In this document: positions 1 to 13,100 of the stretch, piece by piece
How the letters are laid out: each line of letters starts with the position of its first letter
How positions within the stretch are numbered: the stretch's first letter is position 1
From: Octopus sinensis
Lineage: Eukaryota
Direction of reading: 5' to 3'
Length of the DNA: 64,000 nucleotides
Assembly (NCBI RefSeq): GCF_006345805.1
Contig: NC_043021.1
Coordinates: forward strand, 992,001-1,056,000
Made by a program: the position numbers and the translations under genes
The notes under the pieces: generated by a model
Seen by the model: the letters and a program-made list of their open reading frames with translations, nothing else
Database searches by the model: none
What the model was told of the DNA's origin: nothing

Positions 1-298
1 AATATTTTACTATAAAATTGGATTCAATCCTAAATCTGATTTTTTTCCCTGTAAATTTGGATTTATTCCCTAATATTTATTATTATTATATATATATATG
101 TATGTATGTATGTATTTGTGTATCAAGTTTGTCCCTCCACCATCACTTGACAACTGATGTTGGTGTGTTTACATCCCCGTAACTTTGCAGTCATGAAAAA
201 GGGAACGATAAAATAAGTACTAGACTTACAAAGAATAAGTTCTGGGGTCGATTTGTTCAACTAAAAGCAGTGCTCCAGCATGACTATTTTACGTTTAA

Positions 299-601
299 AC
301 CCAGGAAAACATACTTTGAAGCTGGTTTATCAACACATGATCTGTATCCGAGACACACTGTAAGTAAGGGGGCCTACTACTCCCTTCTAGCCATTAGCAA
401 TACCAGCAGTCCGATGGTTTCAGGGTAATTTCCCATCTTCGGTGCTGGACAACGACCTTATTCACAGCATATACTCATCGAAGTGGCCGACAGACATGGA
501 TCTCATAAGGAGAAGAACAATTAGTGTTAAATCTTTGAATGAGATCTCTGTAGTCCCAGTAGCAAGTAGTACAGTTTATTAGTAAAGATATTTTCCTGGG
601 G
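299..601. mobile_element. piggyBac-like MITE
   Basis: Inverted ends CCCAGGAAAA(C/T)AT, flanked by TTAA at 295-298 and 602-605. Confidence 0.6.
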
Positions 602-659
602 TTAAAAAGTAGTAACACAAGTCCTATGCAGGATCGCCACATTATGTTGGCAAATGAAC

Positions 660-900
660 TTTATTATATACACACACACATGTATATACACATATATGTG
701 TATATATATTTATGTGTATACACAAACATATATGTGTGTGTGTATGTCATACATACACATACATGTGCAGTTATATATATATATACATTTACCTTCATAT
801 ATTATGTACAGACATGTGTGTATGTGTGTGTGTGCATGTATATGTGTGTGCACGTGTGTGTGTAAGTATGGGCATGTGTTTTGTACACACACACATGTGT
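660..900. repeat. (TA)n/(CA)n/(TG)n compound microsatellite
   Basis: Visible directly in the sequence. Confidence 0.95.
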
Positions 901-1080
901 CCCACATTTGTTGGTTACAGGTGTCTGCATACACTAAGGCAATACTTTGTCAATCATTTTGAATCTTTTATAAACTATTTCTTGCTGTCGCCATTAGCAT
1001 TGTGTGCTTGGGAAAACTCCAACTGAACGTTGTCTGTTTGTAGTGACTGTTTTCTCAAACCACCTTACAGTGCACCCAGC

Positions 1081-1275
1081 TACTGCCACCATCACCATCG
1101 CCACCGCCACCACCACCATCGCCACCACCACCATCATTGCCACCACTGCCACCTTCAACAACGGCAGCAGCAACAGCACCACCACCAACAATAGCAACAA
1201 TAACAACATGACCACCAGCAACAACAACAATACCATCTTCCCCACCATACCTCACCAACACCACCCACCACTGCT
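1081..1275. repeat. (CAC)n/(AAC)n trinucleotide microsatellite
   Basis: Visible directly in the sequence. Confidence 0.9.
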
Positions 1276-1319
1276 ACCATTAATATTGAGAAACACAGTC
1301 GTTTTTTTCCTTTTGTTAT

Positions 1320-1644
1320 TTGGTGAGCTCGGAGCAAGGGGCAGTTGGTGAGCTCGGAGCAAGGGGCAGTTGGTGAGCTCGGAGCAAAGGGCAGTTGGTG
1401 AGCTCGGAGCAAAGGGCAGTTGGTGAGCTCGGAGCAAGGGGCAGTTGGTGAGCTCGGAGCAAAGGGCAGTTGGTGAGCTCGGAGCAAGGGGCAGTTGGTG
1501 AGCTCGGAGCAAAGGGCAGTTGGTGAGCTCGGAGCAAAGGGCAGTTGGTGAGCTCGGAGCAAGGGGCAGTTGGTGAGCTCGGAGCAAGGGGCAGTTGGTG
1601 AGCTCGGAGCAAGGGGCAGTTGGTGAGCTCGGAGCAAGGGGCAG
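1320..1644. repeat. Minisatellite, 13 x 25 bp (TTGGTGAGCTCGGAGCAA[G/A]GGGCAG)
   Basis: Counted units; two variants differing at one base; no spacers. Confidence 0.97.
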
Positions 1645-1645
1645 T

Positions 1646-3450
1646 ACCTATCGTGTATGCAAGGCCCCTCAAGAAGAGGGACATTGATGCTGTTAATGTT
1701 TTTCTCAAACTGTTGCAGGTCCACATTTTTAAGGTCGGAGATCCCAGAGGGACCAGTGTTTCTGGGATAAAGGAAGGACTGAGCGTAATGGTGAGTGCAA
1801 GGCAGGTGAGGGCAGAGGATGTAACAGAGGTGGCTTGAGGCTGAAAGACAGACGGCTCGAGTGGAGGAAGTAGGAGACCAACCGCCTCTAAGAAACATAA
1901 GTGGTGGCCATAAGTTGCAATAGAAAAGACAGAGAAAGGAGACAGCAGGTGGGCCAGAGACTGTTTGTGATTTAATGCCACTTTGCTGAGTGGCCCTTCA
2001 CTTGATCAGTATAAGTAGCAGCAACACCACCCCAAAAGTGAAAGCAGTACTCCATTATGAGTCTCACTTGAACTTTGTAGAATGTCAACAGCTGTTAAAG
2101 GCAGAAATATCTTCTGGTTCTGAAGAGGAGTGCTAGACTTTGGTATGTGGTCCTAGCTGTGTTAAAGATGTGCTTTCACTAAAAAAAATACCCTTAATGA
2201 TAGAAAGGGAGTTAGCTGAGTCCCGGTGATATTTTGGGTGTGATGTGATTTTTCTTTTTTTTATTGTGTAGTATTTGAATATTTTGCTGTTCAAAGAGAC
2301 AAGGTTGGCATTGCTCAGAGGAGAATCCCCTTGAGGTCTCAGTTCATAGAATAAAAGCATGTTTGCTATGTAATTACATAGGATGAGGCATAATTGGGGA
2401 AAATGAGAGAAAAATGAGGAGTCATGTTTTCTACATGATAGTGTATATTGTTGAATATAGCAGCAGATAGGTCATTGATGTATAAATGGAAGAGAGTGGG
2501 ATGAAAAGCACTCCATCTATGTATGTCACTATGATACCTGTCTGATAAGACAGGTACCATAGTACCTGTTGATGGGTGGAACTCATAGGTGGGAAGTTTT
2601 GAGAGGATTTTTGCATTGCAGACATGGTGAAAAGTTTTGCTGACATCTCGAGTAACAATATTGCTTTCACCAAATTTCTTTAAAGAAAGAATCCCACAGG
2701 TGAGGGACATAAAAATGATTTGGTCACTAAGGGATCTGGCTCTGCAGAAGCCATACTGGTGGCCATTCATGAGTAAGAAAGAGAGAGAGAGACTCAAGGT
2801 GCCAAAGAAAGGTTAATGGTTATCTCCAATACCTTGGAGATGCTAGAAATGAGAGCAATGGAAAGATAACTAACAGGGTCAGAGAAGTTACCTTTCTTTG
2901 GAATGGGAAGCAATGAAGTGTGCTTCCAAATGTCTGGTAGAGAGAGAGGGAGAGAGATTATAGTATTTGCTGAGTGTAGGGGAAAGTTCTGGAGTGCAAT
3001 GTTGAAGCATAATGGAAAGGACATTGTCAGGGCTGACAGGTTTGTTGGTTTGAAGCAGCTGGGGGTATTTCTGAATTTGGTATGTGCATATTTAAAGTGG
3101 GAACCTGGTGGAGTGGAGAGGAATTTGGAAGAGATCATCCAAGAGTGTGTTGTGTGGGATCAAATGCAAAGGGAGTCATGAAGGTGGACAATTTCTCAAA
3201 CAAGATACAGCATACAGAGCCATCATTGTTGTTGAGAGGAGGAGGAAACGAGGACTTTCAAAATTATTGGAGATTCTTCTGATCCCAAATCAGAATATTC
3301 AGCTCCAGTTGTGAGGCAGCAAAAGCTTGACAGCCATGTAATGCACAATGCCATCGAATTTTGAGGGAATCGGTAAAAGTCTGCAGTTGTTATAGAAGTT
3401 GCTTTTCACCAACAGCTGTAGTACAATTATGAGGGAACTATTTGAGGGAC
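1646..3450 (-). mobile_element. Degenerate CR1/L2-group LINE, 3' part of ORF2 (RT)
   Basis: Minus-strand remnants WKHTSLLPIPKKGNFSDPVSYLSIALISSISKV, DVSKTFHHV, PTLFHLYINDL and DLQQFEKNINSI, with stops and frameshifts. Confidence 0.85.
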
Positions 3451-3991
3451 TTGATCTGGTGGGGGCTGGGGTGACGTGGGGGTGATGGTAGTAATGGTAA
3501 AATTGGTACTACTTGTGGTGGTGGTGGTGGTGCCACTGTATGTCAGAAAAATTTCTCATGGAATTTAACATTCTCAATTCCTGTGAAATGAGAAAGAACA
3601 ACTTCTCTAGAAAGTGTTAATTCCTAGAGACCAGCAATGAGAATGGATAAGTCTACCTTGGCAATCAAGAAGGTAGGAAGACAGGAAAAAGATTCAACGA
3701 ATTAAAATTTATTGATGCAAACAGAAATGTGAGAGAATGAAAGAGAGAGAGGGGGGAGGAGGGAGAACAAAAGAGAATTGTGGAAAACTATTTGTCGTAT
3801 CTGATATTAAAGTTATTATTTGACCTTGACTCTCTCTGATGACATGAACCTCTGATCAAATCCCATTCCAGCTGTTACCATCCTGTCTTTATTAGGTTTT
3901 CTCTTTTGCCTGCACAATATATCGAAGGTCATATTCTCCAGTGTATCCTTCCTCTCGGTGTTTTCTGGTTGGCTCCTTTCATATGAATCTC

Positions 3992-4144
3992 TCAATTCAT
4001 ATGCTCCATTATCCAGTCAGAATGGAAAGCAATACTGCTGAACACATTGATATCACTGTAGCAATCAACTCCAAACGATGTTATTCCAGCCAAAACCATG
4101 TCCCCATTGGCATCTGGACAATAAAGAGGCCCACCGGAATCGCC
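3992..4144 (-). CDS. Serine protease exon 6 (GDSGGPLYC...SFG...DWIMEHMN*, catalytic Ser)
   Basis: tttttctag acceptor; GDSGGPL motif; TGA stop at 3994-3992. Confidence 0.97.
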   Translation of the reverse strand, partial: GDSGGPLYCPDANGDMVLAGITSFGVDCYSDINVFSSIAFHSDWIMEHMN

Positions 4145-7100
4145 CTAGAAAAATTAAATGAAGGGATTGAATCATCATGATCATTGTCATTTTCACTACC
4201 ACCACTAATATACTAAATATTTAATTAAATATAATTATTATTATCTAATTAAATATATCTATTAATATATATAATTAATACACTTAAAGAAATTGCAGTT
4301 GATGAGCAAGTCCAAGGCTTCTCAACAGCATGGTGCACACATGACTGAGTAATTAAAAAGCTTGCTTTTCAACTATGTGATTGGGGTTTGATCCCTGAGC
4401 ATGGCACTTTAGGTGAATGTCTTCTTCCATAGCCTCAGTTTGACCAAAATCTTGCGAGTGAAGTTTGGTAAAGAGAAACTATATGGAAGCCTTTTGTAGA
4501 AACCATTCCTGTCAGAGGGCCCATTCCTGTCAGAGGGACCATTCCAGTTAGAGGGGCCATTCCTATCAGAGAGACCATTCCTGTTGAAGGGCCCATTCCA
4601 GTCAGAGGAGCCATTCCTGTCAGAGGGACCATTCCTGTCAGAGGGGCCATTCCTGTCAGAGGGACCATTCCTGTCAGAGGGGTCATTCCTGTCAGAGGGA
4701 CCATTCCTGTCAGAGGGGCCATTTCTGTCAGAGGGGCCATTCCTGTCAGAGGGACCATTCCTGTCAGAGGGGCCATTCCTGTCAGAGGGGCCATTCCTGT
4801 CAGAGGGGCCATTCCTGTCAGAGGGACCATTCCTGTCAGAGGGGCCATTCCTGTCAGAGGGGCTATTCCTGTCAGAGGGGCCATTCCTGTCAGAGGGTTC
4901 ATTCCTGTTGTTGGGAGGTGAACTTCATTTGTCAGTCAGTAGAACACCACCACCCAAACCCTTAAGGACCTTCAGCAGAGTTCAACCTGTTGCAAACATT
5001 CAGACCAGGCTGCCTACCAAAAGACAACTTCCTGCTCTCCTCCTACAAGTTACATGGACCCCTAAACAGGGTCCAGCTACTGACCTTACTCCTCCATCTA
5101 AAGCATTAAAGAAAAAAAAGATTTCATAAACAAACTCCTTACCTCTAGAAATAATTTCCAATCCAAATTTATTCTTAATTATTGATTAATTTAATAGTCT
5201 TCATTAAACTTAATTATCAATTCTAAATTTGTTCTTTCTTTCCTCAGAATTAAGTGTGTAGCGGCCAGCATTCTTGCCAAACAGAGTTCAAAGTTACAGC
5301 ATGGCTGATTCACATTGTCACTTTGTGCTTCACTCACTCACACCAACTGGCTACGATTCCAGCCTCAGAGACATGCTCTGTCCCCTCTTTCTACCCCTTA
5401 TAACACTACAACAATGACTCCTGATCTAACTTCTTGCATGCTCCCTCCATTTAGGACAACACAACTCCCCACCCCCACTCCTCCTACTCTCACACCAACT
5501 AAGCTTCCCCACCCCACTCCTCCTACTCTCACACCAACTAAGCTTCCCCACCCCACTCCTCCTACTCTCACACCAACTAAGCTTCCCCACCCCACTCTCC
5601 TACTCTCACACCAACTAAGCTTCCCCACCCCACTCCTCCTACTCTCACACCAACTAAGCTTCCCCACCCCACTCCTCCTACTCTCACCAAACTGTCTAGA
5701 ATTCCTTCTCCTCCCATTTTGTTGTTTTTGTTGCTGTTGTTTATCACAAGATTAATTCTGATCAACCAGATTTAAGACAAAAAGTCTTCCATCTATGACC
5801 ATTCTGCCTATTTCCAAAAGCCTTCCGTCCATGACCATCCTGCACCCAAAACCACAGATACGATGGATTTGAGATAGCTTTCTTTACTATTTTTAGGGAT
5901 TCAGCAACCATGTTAAGGCTCCCTAGTTATACCTAACCCTTGTTTCTTTTCCTGATGTCTAAAGTCAACCACCCCAGTCTAAGATGATTTGCAGAGGTTA
6001 TGATCATGTCCCTCCCATCTGGCCAAATCACAAACAAATGTTTAAAAATTAATTATTAAATGAAAAATTAATCAATAGAGTCTTACATAGCATGTATGAG
6101 CTCCACCGGGTTTAAAATCTCCAGCACATATAAAACCAGGTAAGATGATCAACTGTGATTGATTTAAACAGGTCTCAAAAGAGATGCTGGTCAGTTTCGT
6201 TTTGAGAAGAATCTTCGATGCTGGCCCATTTACTGAAAAATAAATCCAAGAACAGTTAATAAAATGTCTGAAATAAAATGAAATCCCTCCCCTTTTATAG
6301 AACCAGAAGTCTTTCAATAGAATGTACCCTTGAACAAGGTTTGTTGTAGTATATCACTACACATCCATAACAAAACCCCTATCAGGGCAATCCTAGTTAA
6401 GGTGGGTTCAAATACAGCAATAACTTTCTGCAGTTGATAGTTTCACAAGGCTTTTATTACAAACAGGGTGCCTCGGCCAAATTTCATGATTTTCTATGTC
6501 TCCTTTTTGTCAAGAGCAGCTTGATGTATTGGTGAACAGTGAATGGCTGTAGTTGAGAAAAAGTTAGCTGACATAGAAGACTGGAAGCCATCTGAATATT
6601 GGAAAAGGTTATCATTGATGATTGATGCAGGGCATCAAAAGACCAACATTGTGGCTGCTGCTCAATGCTTTGTAATGGCTGTAAAATGTGACAGGGCAGC
6701 TGCAATGGAGACTATGGGGCCATGGCTGGGAGGAAGGGATACATTGGGCATTCTGACTGCAATGATACATCCCCACATCCTTGGACAGGGCCTTAAACAA
6801 AGCTGCTGAAGATTGTGGTTGATCCTTGGTTGGACAGGGTTGCTGCTTGAAGGTCATCTAAATACCAGCAGGATTCAGCTCCCTGCCATTCCTCCAGCAA
6901 GAATCAGAAATGGTTCTCAGAGAATTCCTATGTGTCCACCTACCCCAATTTTTGACCTCCTCATTCCCCACTTGTAATCCCATAGATTACTGTGTGGGGC
7001 ACAGTTCAGAAAGGCGCTAACCACTTTATTTGCAAAACCAAGTCTGAGCTGATAGCAAAACTCAAGGTGTTCAAAGGTCTTCCCAGAGACACAATTAAGA

Positions 7101-10100
7101 ATGCATGTGCTAGGTTCTGGGGTCATCATGAGGAGGTGGTGGAAGCTTATGTCAACTACGCTGAGTAAATGGTAATCCCTCAGCCATAATCCAGTTGATA
7201 TTTTTTGGTTTTTAAAATACTTTTATTTTTGCATGGGATATTGTTTTATTTTTCCTTTAATGCAAACTGTCAAATTTAAGCCAAACACCCTGTATTTTTA
7301 TCAGCTGGACGCTATTCCCAATATAAATGAATATTTTATTCATTGTTTCCCATATGTCAGAGGAGACAAATCTCATCTAAGTCTGCGGCTGGTTGTGAGT
7401 ACACAACATTGATGAGACCCAATGAGGCTGAAATGTAGCTGGTGTTCACAATTTTTCTCTCTCCAAAATATATATTGTGTCTTTAAACCTAGACAGCCAT
7501 AAGACATATTGCCTGTGGAGGAATACCACCATAAGATGCCTTTCAATGATGCTTTTATGTTAAGTATTATATATATAAATACCTATCACGTGTGTGTGTG
7601 TGTGTGTATACTTATATAGTTACATACATTTTGTTCTTCCCCAACCAATGGTCTCACACGTCCTGTTGTCAAATGTTGCATTTTTCTCGGCAATTTTTGC
7701 TGCTTTGACACATTTTGTGAAGTTTATCGGCTGGTGCAGGATGACAATGGCAATGTCATTAACTATAAAAGAAACAATGACATTAGATTAATTATTAATA
7801 ACCTTTTGGAGGTGTTTTTCATTTTTATTCTGTATAAGGATAATGTTCTGTGGTGAAGGAAATAACCCCAGTGTATTCATCATCATCATCATCGTTTAGC
7901 GTCCGTTTTCCATGCTAGCATGGGTTGGACGGTTCAACTGGGGTCTGTGAAGCCAGAAGGCTTCATCAGGCCCAGTCAGATCTGGCAGAGTTTCTACAAC
8001 AACAACAACAATAATTTTCCTATTCAAACAGATAAGAAACTAGAAAATAATAACCAAGACATAAGAATAAAGGATAAGGAAAAGCAAAGCTGCTTTCTAA
8101 TTGATCCAACATGTTCATTTGATTCTAGGATTGTGAAAAAAAGGATGAGAAATTAAAAAAATACCCCAAGCCTTGAAATTTTAGATTGCAAGAATATGGA
8201 GTATATAAACTGTGAAGGTTGTGATAATTGGTGCTGCATTGGGAACTGTGAGCAAAGATATAGAGAAATGGTTGAAGGAGATTTGAATAGAATGACCTGT
8301 AGAGCTTCTGAAGAAAGTTTGCCTCTTGGGGACAGGAAAGATTATCAGGAAGGCTTTTGAGCACCTGACAGACTATTGAAAGATTGTGGATCCCTAAGGT
8401 TACTGGTTGTAACATGCTACCTACAAATATTCTACCGGAAATAAGAACAAACCTGAGTCAAATCAACAATTATAATAATTAAGCAAAATGGCATAGAAGA
8501 ACAATTAAAAACAATGGTATAAAAGAAAAGACAATGAAAGGAAAGCTGCAGTGAGTGAGAAAAAATATTGGATCCAAAGATGGATGCCAGAAATAGAATT
8601 TTGACAATAAACTGACAACTGGAATCCTGAAGTGGAGAGAGGTGGGGGCTAAAGGAGTTGGACAGGAAGACAAGAAAGTTCCTAATGATGCATGGAGTCC
8701 ATCATTCATGTACAGACACTGATTGCTTATACATGAAGATAGCAAATAGTGGGGGGGAAGGGGACTGATAAGTGTGGAAGACTACTTGTTTATCAAACTT
8801 GGGAGCTTAATGAGATACCAATCCTAAAGGAAGGAAACCATGCTAGGGTCAGTTAAGGACAAGGGCATATTGAAAGCAGAGAAAAGGGAAAAAACAAAAC
8901 GGTAAGTACAAAAAGGATATGAAGAAGCATATGCAACAAAGGACTTCACAAACCAATTCCATGTAGAAGTGGAATCGGTTGAAGAAAGGAGCACTGGAAA
9001 GAAAGAAGCTGAGAGTACTATGATGGCAGCACAAGACCAAGGTTTGGCCACAAGCTAGGAGGAGTGAAGATAGTACCAATTACTATTGGGTTCTTGGAGA
9101 CAGCATCAGATGGCATCAAGAGGAATATAAAGGATATCAGAATAGAGGGCCCAGTGGAACTTTTAAAAAAGGCTTGCCTCCTTGGCATGGCCAGAATAAT
9201 CAGGAAAGTTGAAAAGAACAGATAGCATGGTACAATAGGCTGCAGGATGTAAGCCCTCTATGCATGCAAGACTCCAGAAGGTCCAGCAAAATCTGAGTTA
9301 AAAAGGATAATAATAATAATAATAATGATGATGATAATAATAATGATGATGATGATGATGATGACGATGATGATGATGATGATAATAACAGGGAGTATTG
9401 AACTTCTTCAAAAATCTTTAGTTGTGTTGGTTAGTATGAATAAACAGCAAAAGCGTTGATATTTCCTTGACAGACAAGAAGAGGCTTAACCAAGGCCAAC
9501 TCTATTGTATTTCATATTTGTCCCATTGATACACAGTGATAGGGTTTATTTGGGCTAACTTATAGGTTAATCAAGGTTAATTCTGAGCAAACAGAGAGAA
9601 AATTAAGCAAAGATTATTGTTGCTGTTGTCATCTTGTTGTTACTGTTGTTGTTGTAATGCATAGTAAAATTTGGTTTGTCTTGACAAAACTGTATTAAGC
9701 ACTTACAGATGAAAGTATTAGTTCTTGTGTAATTCTCATGAACAATGAATGACGATGTGTTTAAAGATTCAACTGTCTCTTCTTCAACCACGGAACCAAT
9801 ACTGATCTTGATGCTGGGGTCACCATCTTCGCTACAAAACAAAGAGCTTTCAAATGTCTGTTATCATACTTTTATATTGTTGAGTATCAGTCATGCCTGT
9901 CACATAGTGTCAATCACATCTATCAAATAGCAACAGTCACATCTATTATATTGTATCAGTAACATCAATCACACACCATATAGTACCTGACACATCTGTC
10001 TTTGGCCTTTTGATGCAGCTGTGTGTTCAAGAAGTTTGCTTCACGACCTCATAATTTCAGGCTCAATTTCATCCTAATCTCAGATCCACCAAATCATTGC

Positions 10101-13100
10101 GAGTGAAGTTTGGTAGATGGAAACTGTGTGAGAGGAACCTTTCTTCACCTTAAGTGTCAGAGTCAACCTATTAATTGGTCTGGCAACTCTGACTCATCAC
10201 CCTCAAATAGCTTTAATGAGTCCACTTTGTATCAATTTAAGGATAACTACCCCTCCTCTCCTGCCACCAGTTTTAGAGACCCTGAAAAAGGTTGTGGAGC
10301 AGGCTGTCCTTCCTCCTCAGTCAGGTTAAGTCATGTTAAGATAATTATCAATCACATTTGTCATAATATCAGTTGTATCTGTCATGCAGTGTCAGTCATT
10401 TGTTGTATTGTAACAGTCATGCATGTGATATGGTGTCAGTCACATCTATCATGCAGTATCATCCACATCTATCATAGTGTCATTCACATCTGTTGTAAAG
10501 TATTAGTCACAGATGTGATTCATATCTGCCATAAATCATAATTACAGATATAGGGATCAGTTCATTTGGGGCCAGCACACTGCCTTCACCTTTGGTTGCC
10601 ATAATTCATATATAAAGAGATTGTAATACTTACAGACAATGAGCTGCTGTCAGGAGATGGGTGGAGTCAATAATGGTGGCAGCACACCGGCTGTTGTTTT
10701 CCCCCTCATCTGATTGATCCGTAATCATTAAATGAACAACTGAAGGGAACTCACACCGTTTGGCTGCAAAACCATTCACAATTTGTAGATTGGGGGCTGG
10801 AAATAAACACAGCTAAAGTTTTTTTTAACAGTTGGGGCAGAAGGGAAGGTTGCACGTAGAGATCTTTGTGAAGGTATATGTGTACATGTGGCTATGGGTG
10901 TATAAACAACAAGTTGGAAATATATGCAGGAACTTACCAGTCTGTTATCTGTGGTTGCCACATTGACATTTCAATGATTCCTGATTGGTAAAGTTATTAA
11001 GGTCATGAAAGCCCCTGGCCCACCAGAAATCACTACTGAGATGCTTAAAATATGTGATGGAGTGGTATATGGTCTAGTCACCCATATAGTTAATGAAGCT
11101 GTCCATAGAGGAGTCATACCCGATGACAGGTAGAGCAGCATTATAGTCAACTGCTACAGAGGCAAAGATGATCATAACTCAGCAAATTTAGAAGAGAGTT
11201 AGTTTAGATGAGTGCTATTTGGATTTGTTCCTGGGAGAAGCACTACTGATGCAATATTCCTGGTAAGGCAGCTACAGAAGTGCTTGGTCAACAGTAAACC
11301 ATCTTGCTTGGCTTTTGTCGACTTGGAGAAAGCTTTTGACAGGGACCATGCTCCCTTATCTGGTGGTTAATGTGGAAACTAAGGAGAGATGAGTGGTTGG
11401 CGAGAGCTGTACAAGCCATATACAGGGATACTGTCATTACAGTGAAAGTCAGAAATGGGTTCAGTGTACAGGTAGGGGTTCACCAGGAGTTGGTTCTCAG
11501 CTCCCCTTTGTTCATCATAGTCGTCAAGGTCATAACAGAGGAATTTAAGATGAGCTGTCCCTGACAGCTCCTCTATGCTGATGACCTTGTTCTTATAGAT
11601 GAATTACTACCAGAACTAGAGAAAAGGTTTCAGATGTGGAAGTAAGTCTAGAGACAAAGGTCCTTGGAGTTAATTTAGTAAAGACGAAAGACTTAGTAAG
11701 TAGAACAGACAAATCACAGATCCCTTAAGGGAGATGACCTTGCTTAATATGTAGAAACTCTATGAGGTGTACCCAGTGCAAGCTATGAACACATATGAGG
11801 TGCAGCAGTATCAAAGGAAAGTTAACAGAGAAAGTAGTCTTTGTGTGTGGTAGATGTGTAGGTACACTAAACACTAGGAATCTACAAAACATAGACTTCA
11901 TCAAATGCCCAGGAGGGATACTTGGAAGTAGTAGATAGCTTCTGTTGCCTAGGCAACCAAGTTAACAGTGGAGGAGGATGCTCTGAGAGCATTGCTGCTA
12001 GAATAAGTATGGGCTGGGCAAAGTTCAGAAAGCTTCTACCTTTGTTGATAACAAAGGGTCTCTTCTTCAGAGTGAAAGGCAGATTGATACCTGTGTAGGA
12101 ACAGCTATGCTACATGGGTTTTGACTTCAGAGAACAAATGAAGGCTCGAAAGAAATGAAGCTAGTATGCTCCACTGGATGTGCAATGCCGGGTGCACATA
12201 CAACAGTGTGTGTCATAAGAGAAAAACTGACTATAAAAGACACCAAATGCAATGTGCAAAAAAGAAAACTGTGTTGGTATGGTGATGTGATGCATATGGA
12301 TGAGGACAGCTGCATAAAGAAATACCAATTTCTAATTGCGGAAGGAACCAGTGGAAGAGATAGAGCCAGAAAGACATGGGATGAGGTGGTGAAGCATGAT
12401 CTTCGGTTGTTGAGTCTCAAGGAGACAATGACATATGGCTGAGACTTTTGTCAATTTGTTGTGCTTGAGAAGACATGTCAAGCTTAGAGAAATGATGGTT
12501 GCGGCTGGTGCCACTGTAGAGTGGTTGGCATCAGGAAGGGCATCCCGCTGAAGAAAACAAGCCAAAACAAAACGGGAGCCTGGTACAGCTGTCTGGCTTA
12601 CCAGGTTCCTGTCAAACCATCTAACCCATGTCAGCATGGAAAAGGAATGCTACATGATGATAATGATATATGTGTGTGTGTGTGCATACATACATGTATG
12701 TACATGTGTGTGCATATATGCATACACACATCTATACATATATATATTCATTGTTTTGAGAGAATATAGTTTGTTTTTTAATGGTATCACAAAGTAGGAT
12801 AAAAACCACAACCACCAAAAAGGTTCACCATAAAACAGTTTGGGTTTATAAATCTATTTACTCCCCCACCTTTAATTTTTTTCCATATTTTACATTTACT
12901 TTTTTCGAATAAATTTCACATTACAATTATTTCATTTAACAAAATTGGTACCGTTTTTATTTCCCTTTTTGCTGATGTTGCAGAAATTTGTACTGAGAGA
13001 GAGGGGGAGAGAGAGAGAGAGAGAGAGGGTGAGAGGGAGAGAGAGAGAGAGAGATATGAACCAGTTTTATGTTGAGTCATCCACTTCTGATGATTCCGCC

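Noticed and set aside
1320-1644. CRISPR-like regular 25-bp repeats
   Set aside because: Units are contiguous with no unique spacers, there are no cas genes, and the context is eukaryotic; this is a minisatellite.
626-1981. Many overlapping ORFs (YIYV, poly-T/N/V, PLLRAHQL repeats)
   Set aside because: They are translations of micro- and minisatellites and a decayed LINE, with no splice or homology support.
5315-5765. Pro/Thr-rich mucin-like ORF
   Set aside because: It arises from the 39-bp tandem repeat inside the protease intron.
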